Shown in pieces: positions 1 to 9,922 of a stretch of 64,000 nt of DNA. The DNA lies in assembly GCA_041651155.1 (NCBI GenBank), contig JBAZJU010000006.1, forward strand, positions 4,638-68,637, read 5' to 3'. The notes below the pieces were generated by a model. It was not told the origin of the DNA and ran no database searches. It saw nothing but the letters and a program-made list of their open reading frames with translations. The position numbers and the translations under genes are program-made. This stretch comes from Patescibacteria group bacterium (GTDB taxonomy: Bacteria > Patescibacteriota > Patescibacteriia > CAIXNZ01). Positions within the stretch are counted from its first letter, which is position 1; every line of letters begins with the position of its first letter.

Positions 1-399
1 AAATTGCCTTTAGTTTATGGAGACAAAAAGTTGGATAACGAAAAGGTTATCAATGCGATCAAATCAGTCGGGCTTTATCATCGGCTCAATAATTTGTCAA
101 ACCAGCTGTCAGGCGGAGAAAAACAGAGAGTGGCGATTGCCCGAGCCCTGGTCAATGAGCCTTCAATTATTTTTGCAGATGAGCCGACTGGAAATTTGGA
201 CAGTAAATCCGGCAAACAGATCATGGAAATCCTGCAGGATTTAAACGATGAGGGTAAAACAATTGTCTTAGTAACACATGAACAATATACAGCCGAGCAT
301 GCGCAAAGGATTATTAGAATCAGAGATGGAGATATTGTCGGAGATATTCAGGTCGCCGAAAGGCTTTTTGCCAAAATGGAAGACCAACTGACAAAATAA
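1..399 (+). CDS. ABC transporter ATP-binding protein (MacB/LolD family), 5'-truncated by the window edge
   Basis: LSGGEKQRVAIARAL signature, IIFADEPTGNLD Walker B and VTHE H-loop; Walker A lies upstream of the window. Confidence 0.93.
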   Translation, partial: KLPLVYGDKKLDNEKVINAIKSVGLYHRLNNLSNQLSGGEKQRVAIARALVNEPSIIFADEPTGNLDSKSGKQIMEILQDLNDEGKTIVLVTHEQYTAEHAQRIIRIRDGDIVGDIQVAERLFAKMEDQLTK

Positions 400-445
400 T
401 GCGAATCTGCGAATAATGCGAATTTACGAATGAAGTAATAGAAGT

Positions 446-524
446 ACAATTCGTATATTCGCCTGCCTGCCCTGCCTACCGGCAGGCAGGCGGTAGGCAG
501 GTACAAATTCGTAATTTCGTAGGA
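446..524. repeat. Intergenic repeat with nested 20-bp palindromes (CCTGCCTRCCGGYAGGCAGG), copy 1
   Basis: Near-identical to 5533-5611; shorter un-nested version at 17935-17986. Confidence 0.85.
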
Positions 525-579
525 GCATTAACTTGCCAAGCACACAAACCAAGTCCAAGCACAAACAAGCTCAAAACCT

Positions 580-1821
580 ATGCAGTTATCATCCTTACTA
601 AAAATTTCATACACAGCCTTGCTGTCAAAAAAATCCCGAACGTTTTTAACAATGCTCGGGATTATTATTGGCATTGCTTCAGTGATTATTATTATGTCAG
701 TCGGCGCAGGCGCGCAAAGTTTAATTGTAAATCAGATCAAAAGCCAGGGCTCAAACTTGATTGCTATTTTTCCCGGCAAAAGTGATGAAAAAGGACCGCC
801 GCCGAGTGTAATGGGGATTGTAAATACTAGTCTTAAAAATGAAGATATTGATGCGCTAATGAATCCTAATAATGCTCCGCATGTGGTAGCAGCTACAGGC
901 TATAATTCGGGCAGCGCCACATTTTCCTGGCGCGACCAGCAAATGGACGGCACATTCAACGGCGTGAACAGTTTTTTCCCGATTGTGGATGACGCGCCAG
1001 TGGCAGAGGGCAGGTTTTTTACAAAAGAAGAAAATATGTCTTTGGCCAGAGTGGCCATAATCGGCAGCCAGGCTAAGCTTGATCTTTTTGGCGATGCTGA
1101 TCCATTGGGCCAAGAAATAAAAATGAAAAGGGTCTCATTCACAGTTATCGGGGTGATGCCGGCCAGGGGCACGCGAGGCTTTCAAAATCAAGACAGTTTG
1201 ATATTTGTCCCGCAAAATACGGCGCAAAAACTTTTATTAGGCATAAATTATAGTTCTTTGGCCAGGGTCAAAGTGGATAGTGAAAGTAATTTAAATGTAA
1301 CAATCAATGATATTACTTTAACCTTGCGCGAAAGGCATGGCATCACTGATCCTGCCAATGATGATTTTACCATCAGGTCGCAGCAGGATTCTTTAAATGT
1401 GCTGCTATCAGTGACAGATGCTATTAAATTTTTTTTGGCAGCCATTGCCGCCATTTCATTGATAGTTGGCGGCGTGGGCATTATGAATATAATGCTTGTC
1501 TCGGTTTCTGAACGAACTCGGGAAATCGGCCTGAGAAAAGCTGTAGGCGCAAAAAGCAGCTCGATTTCCCTGCAATTTTTAGTTGAATCAGTGATTGTGA
1601 CTTTACTGGGCGGAATTATTGGAATTATTGCCGGCGCAGCGCTCTCGATTTTAGTTGCTTTGGTTGCCCGTTATTTAGGCTATGATTGGGATCTGGCGAT
1701 TTCAATCACTTCTATTTTATTAGCGACTTCTATTTCTATTATAATTGGTTTAATTTTTGGCATTTATCCGGCGCAAAGAGCAGCAAGATTAAATCCGATT
1801 GAGGCTTTGCGTTACGAGTAA
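580..1821 (+). CDS. ABC transporter permease (MacB/FtsX family)
   Basis: RTFLTMLGIIIG N-terminus, GGVGIMNIMLVSVSERTREIGLRKAVGA, C-terminal PAQRAARLNPIEALRYE. Confidence 0.95.
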   Translation: MQLSSLLKISYTALLSKKSRTFLTMLGIIIGIASVIIIMSVGAGAQSLIVNQIKSQGSNLIAIFPGKSDEKGPPPSVMGIVNTSLKNEDIDALMNPNNAPHVVAATGYNSGSATFSWRDQQMDGTFNGVNSFFPIVDDAPVAEGRFFTKEENMSLARVAIIGSQAKLDLFGDADPLGQEIKMKRVSFTVIGVMPARGTRGFQNQDSLIFVPQNTAQKLLLGINYSSLARVKVDSESNLNVTINDITLTLRERHGITDPANDDFTIRSQQDSLNVLLSVTDAIKFFLAAIAAISLIVGGVGIMNIMLVSVSERTREIGLRKAVGAKSSSISLQFLVESVIVTLLGGIIGIIAGAALSILVALVARYLGYDWDLAISITSILLATSISIIIGLIFGIYPAQRAARLNPIEALRYE

Positions 1822-1927
1822 TACTACAGATTACAGATTCTTACAGATATACGAATACAAATTGATAATCAAATCTGTAAATCTGTACGTATCCGTAATC
1901 TGTAGTAGAATTTAACAAAAAGTAATT

Positions 1928-3196
1928 ATGAACATACCAATCTGGTTAGAACAATTTGAAACGCCAGTTCAGATAGCAAAACAAGCGCTATTAAGAAACA
2001 AGGTCAGAACAATCCTGTCCATTTTAGGCGTGGTCATTGGCATTGCCGCTGTGATTATTGTTTTATCGGTCGGGCAGGGGATAAAGGGGTTTTTAATCGG
2101 ACAACTGACAACATTTGGCACTGATTATGTTGAAGTTGAAGTAAAAGTGCCTTCAACCAGCCATGTTTCAACGGAAAATGCCATTGGCATGGCTACGGGC
2201 ATCCAAATTACAACTCTGAAAGATTCTGACATGAAAGCCATTTTAAAATTAGACAATGTTAAAAATGCTTATTCAGGTTCTTTAACTCAGCAGATAACTT
2301 CTTATCAAAGCCAGAATAAACAGACCTTTATTTTTGCAGTCAGTCCTTCATTTATTGAGATTGATCCGACTAAAATTGAGCAAGGCAGGTTTTTTACTGT
2401 TGATGAAGATAATGCCATGGCCAAAGTGGCTGTCTTGGGTCCGAATTTGAAAAAAACTTTGTTTGGCGATGAAGATGCGATTGGCAAGCAAATCAAAGTC
2501 GGCAAAAATACTTTTAAAGTCATTGGCGTGACAGCTCCAAAAGGCTCTCAGTCGTTTTTTGACTTTGATTCTATGTTGTATCTGCCAATTAATACTGTGC
2601 AAAAATTAATTACCGGCGTTGATTATGTAACCTTTATTTTCGTGCAGTTAAAAGATATTTCACAAGCTGAAATCACGGCTGCTGATATCACTTCCTTAAT
2701 GCGCGATCTGCACAAAATTACTGACCCGAATAAAGATGATTTTGCAGTCGTCACTTCAGCCGAGGCTATGGATATGTTAAATACTGTAGTTGGCGCGATA
2801 ACCTTGTTATTAATTGCTATTGCCGGCATTTCACTGGTTGTGGGCGGCATTGGCATTATGAATATTATGTATGTGTCAGTGGCTGAACGCACTTTTGAAA
2901 TTGGTTTGCGAAAAGCAGTAGGCGCTAAAAGCGCTGACATTTTGCGGCAATTTTTAATGGAAGCGATTTTTGTGACTTTTTCCGGCGGGATTGTGGGCAT
3001 AATTATTGGTTCATTGGTTTCTTATCTGATTGCTGTAATTTCAACTTACTTGGGTTTTAGCTGGCAATTTGTGATGTCGCCATTGTATTTGCTTTTGGCC
3101 TGCGGAGTCTCCATAATGGTTGGCGTAATCTCTGGTTTGTATCCCGCGCGGAGCGCGGCTAAATTGGATCCGATTGTGGCCTTGCGGCAAGAGTAA
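1928..3196 (+). CDS. ABC transporter permease (MacB/FtsX family), second paralog
   Basis: GGIGIMNIMYVSVAERTFEIGLRKAVGA and PARSAAKLDPIVALRQE motifs. Confidence 0.95.
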   Translation: MNIPIWLEQFETPVQIAKQALLRNKVRTILSILGVVIGIAAVIIVLSVGQGIKGFLIGQLTTFGTDYVEVEVKVPSTSHVSTENAIGMATGIQITTLKDSDMKAILKLDNVKNAYSGSLTQQITSYQSQNKQTFIFAVSPSFIEIDPTKIEQGRFFTVDEDNAMAKVAVLGPNLKKTLFGDEDAIGKQIKVGKNTFKVIGVTAPKGSQSFFDFDSMLYLPINTVQKLITGVDYVTFIFVQLKDISQAEITAADITSLMRDLHKITDPNKDDFAVVTSAEAMDMLNTVVGAITLLLIAIAGISLVVGGIGIMNIMYVSVAERTFEIGLRKAVGAKSADILRQFLMEAIFVTFSGGIVGIIIGSLVSYLIAVISTYLGFSWQFVMSPLYLLLACGVSIMVGVISGLYPARSAAKLDPIVALRQE

Positions 3197-3230
3197 AAAG
3201 GGAAAGAAGAGTAAAAAGGGTAAAAGGGGT

Positions 3231-3290
3231 GGCGGCTAAGGGCGCTCAATTAATTTAATTAATTGGGTTTAAATCTCGCCCTTAGCCGCC
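3231..3290. repeat. 60-bp element with 14-bp terminal inverted repeats, copy 1
   Basis: GGCGGCTAAGGGCG...CGCCCTTAGCCGCC; second copy at 4520-4579 differs at one base. Confidence 0.9.
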
Positions 3291-3459
3291 TTTAAATTTG
3301 AGGGAAAATTCGTATTATTTGTAGCGGATTTGTAGATTAGTATCCTATTGACTTTTTTGTTTTAAAATGTAAACTTACTTTAATAAGAGTTCTTTGAAAG
3401 CGTCAGTAGGCGCTAAAACTCAAAAAAATGGGTTTTTAACCCAAAGAAGGAGAATGGCG

Positions 3460-4284
3460 ATGGGAGAAAATCGTCAGGAAGATTTGTCTGTACAGGCAGA
3501 TCAAAAGTTTGGTCGGCAACTAAAGGAGATCATCGGCCAGTATCTGGCAGGTGATTTAACAGATAAACATTTACAAGGACTGATTGAGCACCGTAATACT
3601 TTTGACGCAATTGAATATCCTGAGTTGGATTTTGCGGTCAAAGTTTTAGGCGAAAACAAAGTAGTCAGTTCTAATGAAGCAGCTATTGCTTGGGAACTGG
3701 ACCCTGAAGGAAAAATTTGGCCTGTTGAAGTATTGGAAAATTTGGTGAAGATCAGATATTCCAAGGCAACCTTGCGCAAGGCAGCCAAAGAAAACAGAAA
3801 GGGCTTAGCTGATTGGCGACTTATCTATATCCATGGTACGAGCCTGCGTGAACAGCGCGAAAAGCGCGGCACAGACCAAGGCAAACAACCCTGTTTTTAC
3901 AAAGAGGGCATTTGGTGGCTGAAAGCCTCGGAGGACAAATGGGCGACTCATAAGCCCCAAGCCGGATACTACCTCATCAATTGTTGCGGCCAGTTCGGCA
4001 ATCTGGACTGGAAGTCGCAGGAGCAGGAGATAGCCAAACTCGGCAAGGAGTATGAGCGTTGCCATGAAACAGTTTTCAGTGAAGCCATTTTGACCATTTA
4101 TATGGTTTATAATGGTGAGCGGATTGCTGAGAAATGGTATCACTGGGGAATTTCGTTGGCTTCCGATGGCGACCGCGTCTTCGTCGGCGATCTGGTTGCC
4201 ATTGGCCTCGGTGTCAGCAACCGCTGGGATGGCTTCTCCAATCAAGACCTGCGTGTCGCGCTCGCCTGGAAGTTTGACTATTGA
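3460..4284 (+). CDS. Probable DGR target protein (C-type-lectin-like C-terminal variable region)
   Basis: AGGAG RBS 7 nt before ATG 3460; C-terminus SDGDRVFVGDLVAIGLGVSNRWDGFSNQDLRVALAWKF resembles CPR DGR variable repeats; abrupt GC-rich, NNC-codon tail. Confidence 0.65.
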   Translation: MGENRQEDLSVQADQKFGRQLKEIIGQYLAGDLTDKHLQGLIEHRNTFDAIEYPELDFAVKVLGENKVVSSNEAAIAWELDPEGKIWPVEVLENLVKIRYSKATLRKAAKENRKGLADWRLIYIHGTSLREQREKRGTDQGKQPCFYKEGIWWLKASEDKWATHKPQAGYYLINCCGQFGNLDWKSQEQEIAKLGKEYERCHETVFSEAILTIYMVYNGERIAEKWYHWGISLASDGDRVFVGDLVAIGLGVSNRWDGFSNQDLRVALAWKFDY

Positions 4285-4329
4285 CCCTTGAACACTTGAC
4301 CTTTTTGAATTTTTGAACCTTGAATTTTT

Positions 4330-4364
4330 TCCCCGTTGGATTTATATCTGGCGGGGATTTTTTT
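4330..4364 (+). terminator. GC hairpin plus T-tract after the putative DGR target (terminator and/or DGR homing hairpin)
   Basis: TCCCCGTTGGA-tttata-TCTGGCGGGGA followed by a T run. Confidence 0.65.
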
Positions 4365-4519
4365 GTAATGCGAATGTTTGAATGCTAATGGTGCTAATAT
4401 AGAATTTGAATGTTTTTATGTTATCGCGGACTTTAGTCCGCGAAGTACACGGAGTAATTACGGGGATTAAAGTCCCCTGTAAAGATACCCCTAATTTACT
4501 AATAAGTTATTTTAAATGC

Positions 4520-4579
4520 GGCGGCTAAGGGCGCTCAATTAATTTAGTTAATTGGGTTTAAATCTCGCCCTTAGCCGCC
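4520..4579. repeat. 60-bp element with 14-bp terminal inverted repeats, copy 2
   Basis: Direct repeat of 3231-3290; similarity continues about 30 bp further (tttaaattt.agggaaattcgtat). Confidence 0.9.
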
Positions 4580-4634
4580 TTTTTAAATTTAGGGAAATTC
4601 GTATATTTGTATATTATTCGTAATTCGTAGAGCA

Positions 4635-4661
4635 TTAGCAGTCCCACTTGACGAGTGCTAA
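4635..4661 (+). promoter_or_regulatory. CIRCE operator (HrcA binding site) overlapping a sigma70 promoter
   Basis: TTAGCAGTC-N9-GAGTGCTAA, one mismatch to TTAGCACTC-N9-GAGTGCTAA; -35 TTGACG at 4648-4653 overlaps the operator, -10 TATAAT at 4672-4677; directly upstream of hrcA. Confidence 0.92.
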
Positions 4662-4756
4662 CTGGCTAATGTATAATACAAATGTTACGAATCTATGCTA
4701 ATGCTACGAATTATATTCGAGTCATTCGCATAATTCGTAGATTCGCATTTTTATAT

Positions 4757-5452
4757 ATGAACGAGCGTCAAAAAAAGTTATTAAACCTCATCATTAACGA
4801 GCACATTAATACAGCCGAGCCCGTTGGTTCAGGTTTTTTGGTTGAAAGTACTGGCTTAGAGTTGTCATCAGCCACTGTCAGAAATGAAATGGCTGATTTG
4901 GAAAAAGAAGGTTTTATTTATCAGCCGCACACTTCAGCCGGCCGCGTCCCGACTGAAAAGGGCTACCAGTTTTTCGTTGATAATTTTGTGGAAAAGCGGG
5001 CAATTAAAGCGACCTGGTTAAAATCATTTGAACAGGTTTTAAAAGGCAAGTTGCAGAATGACCAGCTTTTAAAACAATTAGCCAAAGAAGTGGTGGAATT
5101 AGCTGATGCCACAGTGATTGTGGCTTTTGATAAAGAAAATATTTATTACACGGGTTTATCCAATTTATTTAAAAAGCCGGAATTTAGCGAGCAGAATTTA
5201 ATTCAGGATATTTCCGAAGTCATTGATCATTTGGATGAGGAAGTGGCCAAAATTTTTGATAAAATAAATAAAGTTGAAATTTTGATAGGCAAGAAAAATC
5301 CATTTGGCAATGATTGTTCGTCAATCATCGGCAAATATCAGTTGAAAGATAAAAAGTCAGGTTTGTTTATAATTCTGGGGCCAAAGAGAATGGATTATGG
5401 GAAAAATTTGGCTTTGGTGGAATATATACGCAATTCGCTAATCAAGATTTAA
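4757..5452 (+). CDS. hrcA: Heat-inducible transcription repressor HrcA (short form)
   Basis: EPVGS, SSATVRNEMADLE, QPHTSAGRVPTEKGY and GPKRMDY motifs; start moved to ATG 4757; CIRCE upstream. Confidence 0.95.
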   Translation: MNERQKKLLNLIINEHINTAEPVGSGFLVESTGLELSSATVRNEMADLEKEGFIYQPHTSAGRVPTEKGYQFFVDNFVEKRAIKATWLKSFEQVLKGKLQNDQLLKQLAKEVVELADATVIVAFDKENIYYTGLSNLFKKPEFSEQNLIQDISEVIDHLDEEVAKIFDKINKVEILIGKKNPFGNDCSSIIGKYQLKDKKSGLFIILGPKRMDYGKNLALVEYIRNSLIKI

Positions 5453-5532
5453 TGCTTTTGGATAGATTGAAATGACAAATGACAAAATTCAAATAACAAA
5501 TAAATACTAAATAACAAATTTCAAATCCCAAA

Positions 5533-5611
5533 ACAATTTGTATATTCACCTGCCTGCCCTGCCTACCGGCAGGCAGGCGGCAGGCAGGTACTAATTCGTA
5601 ATTTCGTAGGA
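5533..5611. repeat. Intergenic repeat with nested 20-bp palindromes, copy 2
   Basis: Matches 446-524. Confidence 0.85.
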
Positions 5612-5615
5612 AAAT

Positions 5616-6095
5616 ATGACAGATGAAAAAGAACAACCAAACAACAATCAGCCAACCGAATTAGCCAGGCTCCAGGCCCAATGCGACGAGTATTTAAACG
5701 GCTGGAAAAGGGCCAAGGCTGATTATATTAATTTTAAAAAAGAAACTGAAGATAAACAGGCAATGCTTTTTGAATTTGCCAATGCCACTTTATTAATGGA
5801 AGTTTTGCCGATTTATGATAATTTGAAAAAAGCAATTTTAGTCGCTGGGGAAGAAAAAAATAATTGGCTGGAAGGGATTAAACAAATTAAAAAGCAGCTG
5901 GAAGATTTATTAAAAGATCATGGCGTTGAGGAAATAAAAACTTTGGGTGAGAAATTTAATCCAGAGTTTCACGAAGCGATTTCCAAAGAAAAAAAGGAAG
6001 GCGTTGAAGCTGATACCATTATTGTTGAATTAAGTTCCGGTTATTTATTAAAAGGCAAGGTTTTGGTTGCGGCCAAAGTAATTGTGGCAGAATAA
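5616..6095 (+). CDS. grpE: Nucleotide exchange factor GrpE
   Basis: RAKADYINFKK, FNPEFHEAI and GYLLKGKVL motifs; lies between hrcA and dnaK. Confidence 0.95.
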   Translation: MTDEKEQPNNNQPTELARLQAQCDEYLNGWKRAKADYINFKKETEDKQAMLFEFANATLLMEVLPIYDNLKKAILVAGEEKNNWLEGIKQIKKQLEDLLKDHGVEEIKTLGEKFNPEFHEAISKEKKEGVEADTIIVELSSGYLLKGKVLVAAKVIVAE

Positions 6096-6271
6096 TAATT
6101 GAAGCCATTGGCCATAAAGCTCGGCCTAGGCTGGTTATTATGTTGTTTTACAAAAACAAGCTAAAACTAGGCCGAAGCCTGGCCATTTGGCATTGGTACT
6201 ATGAAAATTTTATTAAAAAAGAAAAAGCCGTAGTGTTTAGGCTACGGCATAAAGCTGGCGTATAGGTTGAA

Positions 6272-6553
6272 CTAATTGTTTTTCTTTTGGTTATACCAGG
6301 GAATGAGCACTGAGACGAGGTCGGCCGGTGATTGAAGGATTGCTTCTTGCCCAAGAAAGGTAATTTGTTTTTCTTCTCCTGGTACAAGGCAGAACACATG
6401 GTTGGGAATACCCCGCAGTTCTTGTTTGGCGCTTATTTGTTTTTTGCCTTTAAGCAAGTCTGGGTGAACGAAAACCATTCGGCCTTTTGTTGCGGGTTTT
6501 TGCAATCCCACGTACCCCTTTGAATGCAAAGCTCTTACTGTTTCTCCCGGCAT
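6272..6553 (-). CDS. Hypothetical 93-aa protein, antisense to the grpE-dnaK operon
   Basis: AAGGAGG RBS upstream on the minus strand; TTGACA(6645-6640)-17bp-TATCCT promoter-like sequence. Confidence 0.6.
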   Translation of the reverse strand: MPGETVRALHSKGYVGLQKPATKGRMVFVHPDLLKGKKQISAKQELRGIPNHVFCLVPGEEKQITFLGQEAILQSPADLVSVLIPWYNQKKNN

Positions 6554-6720
6554 TATCCTTTTTCCTCCTTTTTGTTTTTTGGTAGTTTTATAGGATAAGT
6601 ATAAAATACCATTTTTAGGATAACAGGCTGAAATAGATTTGTCAATAAATAAATTTGGAAAATCTGAAATCTGTGTGTTTCAGCTTTCAGCTTTCATAAT
6701 TAATAATTAATAAAAAAAAT

Positions 6721-8649
6721 ATGTCAAAAATTCTAGGTATTGACCTGGGAACTACAAATTCCTGTATGGCCATTATTGAAGGGGGTGAACCAAAAGTTTT
6801 AGAAAATAAAGAAGGTTCAAGAACCACGCCTTCTATTGTGGCGATTTCTAAAACAGGGGAGCGTTTAGTCGGCCAGTTAGCCAAAAGGCAGGCTGTGACC
6901 AATCCCTCTAACACAATTTTTTCCATTAAACGCTTGATTGGCAGGCGCTGGACAGATCCTGAAGTGCAAAAAGATAAAGAAACTTTGCCTTACAAAATCA
7001 TTCAAGCTGGTGATGGCGTTAAGGTGGCCATGAATGGCCAGGAATTTACGCCTCAGGAAATTTCAGCCATGATTTTGCAGAAATTAAAAGCTGATGCTGA
7101 GGAAAAACTGGGTGAAAAAATTACCGAAGCAATTATTACTGTCCCGGCTTATTTTGATGATTCGCAAAGACAGGCAACTAAGGATGCTGGCAGAATCGCT
7201 GGTCTGGAAGTTAAAAGAATTATTAATGAACCAACCGCTGCTGCTTTGGCCTATGGTTTTGATAAAAAAAAGGATCAGCAGATCGCTGTTTATGATTTAG
7301 GCGGCGGTACTTTTGATATTTCCATTTTAGATGTCTCAGCAAATACCGTGGAAGTTAAATCTACTAATGGCGATACTCATTTGGGCGGTGATGATTTTGA
7401 TAAAACAATTATTGATTGGATACTTGCAGAATTTAAAAGGCAAAGCGGGATTGATATTTCCAAAGATCCCATGGCTTTGCAAAGAATTAAAGAAGCTGGT
7501 GAAAAAGCCAAGATTGAATTATCTACTGCCGTGGAAACTGAAATCAACCAGCCTTTTATTACTCAGGGTTCTGATGGCAGTCCTGTTCATTTGGTCATGA
7601 AAATAACCCGCGCCAAACTGGAAGAATTAGTCGGCGATTTGGTGGACAAAACAATGGAGCCGGTGAAAAAAGCCTTGGCTGACGCTGGTTTAAAGCCAGG
7701 CGAAATTGAAGAAGTGGTTATGGTCGGCGGCATGACTCGTATGCCTTTAGTCCAGAAAAAAGTAGAAGAATTTTTTGGCAGAAAGCCACATCTGGGAGTT
7801 AATCCTGATGAAGTGGTCGCTGTTGGCGCTGCTGTCCAGGCCGGTGTTTTGCAGGGCGAAGTTAAAGATGTGCTTTTGCTTGATGTCACGCCTTTGTCAT
7901 TGGGCATTGAAACAATGGGCGGGATTGCCACCAAATTAATAACCAGAAATACTACGATCCCAACTGCCAAATCTCAGATATTTTCCACTGCTGCTGATTC
8001 GCAGACTTCAGTGGAAGTTAATGTTTTACAAGGCGAGCGCGAAATGGCTGCTGATAATAAATCACTTGGCCGCTTTATTTTGTCTGGCATACCTCCAGCG
8101 CCAAGAGGCGTGCCACAAGTTGAAGTGACTTTTGACCTTGATGCTAATGGCATTTTAAATGTTAAGGCAGTTGATAAAGCCACTAATAAAGAGCAGAAAA
8201 TCACAATTACTGCTTCTTCCGGTTTATCCAAGGAAGAAATTGACAAAATGCAAAAAGATGCGGAACTGCATGCTGAAGAAGATAAAAAGAAAAAGGAATT
8301 GATTGAAGCCAAAAATTCCGCTGACACTTTAATTTACTCAACTGAAAAAACCTTAAATGAATTAGGCGACAAGGTTAATGCTGATTTGAAAAAAGAAGTG
8401 CTGGATAAGATTGAGGAATTGAAAAAGGTGAAAGATGGTAATGATGCCGAAGTGATTAAAAAAGCTAATGACGCGGTCATGCAATCTGCACAGAAAGTTG
8501 GAGCGGAAATGTACAAGAACCAGCAGGAAGCCCAGGCAAAAGCTGGCACGCAACCTGGCCAAGGCCAAGGTGAGCCTGGCGCAGAAGAACCTAAGAAAGA
8601 TGAAGAAAAGAAGAGTCCTGAAGAGGGTGAATTTACCGAAAAGAAATAA
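6721..8649 (+). CDS. dnaK: Chaperone DnaK (Hsp70)
   Basis: [23 protein letters not shown] and [15 protein letters not shown] motifs. Confidence 0.99.
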   Translation: MSKILGIDLGTTNSCMAIIEGGEPKVLENKEGSRTTPSIVAISKTGERLVGQLAKRQAVTNPSNTIFSIKRLIGRRWTDPEVQKDKETLPYKIIQAGDGVKVAMNGQEFTPQEISAMILQKLKADAEEKLGEKITEAIITVPAYFDDSQRQATKDAGRIAGLEVKRIINEPTAAALAYGFDKKKDQQIAVYDLGGGTFDISILDVSANTVEVKSTNGDTHLGGDDFDKTIIDWILAEFKRQSGIDISKDPMALQRIKEAGEKAKIELSTAVETEINQPFITQGSDGSPVHLVMKITRAKLEELVGDLVDKTMEPVKKALADAGLKPGEIEEVVMVGGMTRMPLVQKKVEEFFGRKPHLGVNPDEVVAVGAAVQAGVLQGEVKDVLLLDVTPLSLGIETMGGIATKLITRNTTIPTAKSQIFSTAADSQTSVEVNVLQGEREMAADNKSLGRFILSGIPPAPRGVPQVEVTFDLDANGILNVKAVDKATNKEQKITITASSGLSKEEIDKMQKDAELHAEEDKKKKELIEAKNSADTLIYSTEKTLNELGDKVNADLKKEVLDKIEELKKVKDGNDAEVIKKANDAVMQSAQKVGAEMYKNQQEAQAKAGTQPGQGQGEPGAEEPKKDEEKKSPEEGEFTEKK

Positions 8650-8686
8650 TATTGATTTATTTTTCGGTACTTCATAATAAACCACT

Positions 8687-9388
8687 ATGAAAAAAATTAT
8701 TTTTAGTATCGTGATATTGTTTGTTGCTATCCCAGTTTTAGTAAACGCTAGGTCTGGTTGCTGTTCTCATCATGGTGGTGTCTGCGGATGCTCTTGCTGT
8801 GATGGTTCGGCTTTATCAGCAACATGCGCGCCATATTATCCAGAGTGCAATTCTGCCCCAGTTGCTTATTGTGGCGATTATTTATGTAATAATAACGAAA
8901 CTTGTAATACTTGCCCCAAAGATTGTGGCTCTTGTCCTGCTCCAGTAGAATATTGTGGCGATGGAGTCTGTAATAATAATGAGACATGCCTGTTATGCTC
9001 TAAAGATTGTGGTTCCTGTCCCACCCCAGAACAATATTGTGGTGATGGAACCTGTAATAATGATGAAACCTGTTTATCTTGTTCTAAAGACTGTGGTTTA
9101 TGCCCGACTGCCTCGGTAAAAAATAATTCAGTAAATGTCAATGCGGTAAATAATAATCAAGAGAATTTAAATATTCCGAAACAGGAAACAAATACCTTGT
9201 CCACGGAAAGCGATAGTACCGTGCCTGTAAGTTATTCTAGCAATCCCAGTAATTCCGATTCTGCTACTAGTACTGATGGCTCAGAGGCATCTGGAGGCGT
9301 TATAGGCGCGCTATTCTTGGGCATTGTTTATTGGATATACAGAAGTAATAAGAAAAACAAAATAAATAATAATAAAGAAACGAAATAA
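8687..9388 (+). CDS. Secreted, membrane-anchored Cys-rich protein with three 28-aa CGDGxCNNxETCxxCxKDCGxC repeats
   Basis: Signal peptide, GCCSHHGGVC motif, repeats at 84-nt period (8867, 8951, 9035), Ser/Asn linker, C-terminal TM and basic tail. Confidence 0.8.
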   Translation: MKKIIFSIVILFVAIPVLVNARSGCCSHHGGVCGCSCCDGSALSATCAPYYPECNSAPVAYCGDYLCNNNETCNTCPKDCGSCPAPVEYCGDGVCNNNETCLLCSKDCGSCPTPEQYCGDGTCNNDETCLSCSKDCGLCPTASVKNNSVNVNAVNNNQENLNIPKQETNTLSTESDSTVPVSYSSNPSNSDSATSTDGSEASGGVIGALFLGIVYWIYRSNKKNKINNNKETK

Positions 9389-9410
9389 ATTTAATAATTA
9401 ATTTAAAATT

Positions 9411-9896
9411 ATGGCATGGGATACAATTTTAGCTTCTATAGGAGGCGCGATTATTGGCGCTTTTATAGCAAGTTATATTTCTTACAGAATTTATAAAAAG
9501 CAGGTTTTAAGAGGACATTATAATGATATTGCCCTAAGGATACAAAAAGCTATTACATTATCTCCAATATTGAATAATCCTGGCTTTAAAGATTCTGATA
9601 GATTTAATGCAAAATTAGAGATAGATACACTCTTAAACCAAATTTGGGCCCTTTCCTTGATTGGCTTGCCAGACAAGATTTTTCAAAAATTAGATAATTT
9701 ATTTCCAAAAAGTGGTTCTGCTGCAGTTACTCCTCAAAATTTAAATCAGTTTTATTTTGAACTGAGGAAATCATTAAATAGGTGGACAAAAGTAGATTTA
9801 CAAAATATACTCAATAGGTTTATTTCAATTTCACATAGACCCTCGAAAGAAGAAACTGAAAATGAATCCCAAAAAAATAAAACCGAAAAAGTATAA
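9411..9896 (+). CDS. Hypothetical protein with N-terminal TM helix
   Basis: 161-aa ORF in operon orientation with hydrophobic N-terminus. Confidence 0.7.
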   Translation: MAWDTILASIGGAIIGAFIASYISYRIYKKQVLRGHYNDIALRIQKAITLSPILNNPGFKDSDRFNAKLEIDTLLNQIWALSLIGLPDKIFQKLDNLFPKSGSAAVTPQNLNQFYFELRKSLNRWTKVDLQNILNRFISISHRPSKEETENESQKNKTEKV

Positions 9897-9922
9897 TAAT
9901 TTTTTAAGATAATTTTAAATTT

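Noticed and set aside
5442-5636. 64-aa minus-strand ORF (PACRLPAGRQGRQ)
   Set aside because: Translation of the palindromic and heptamer intergenic repeats rather than a gene.
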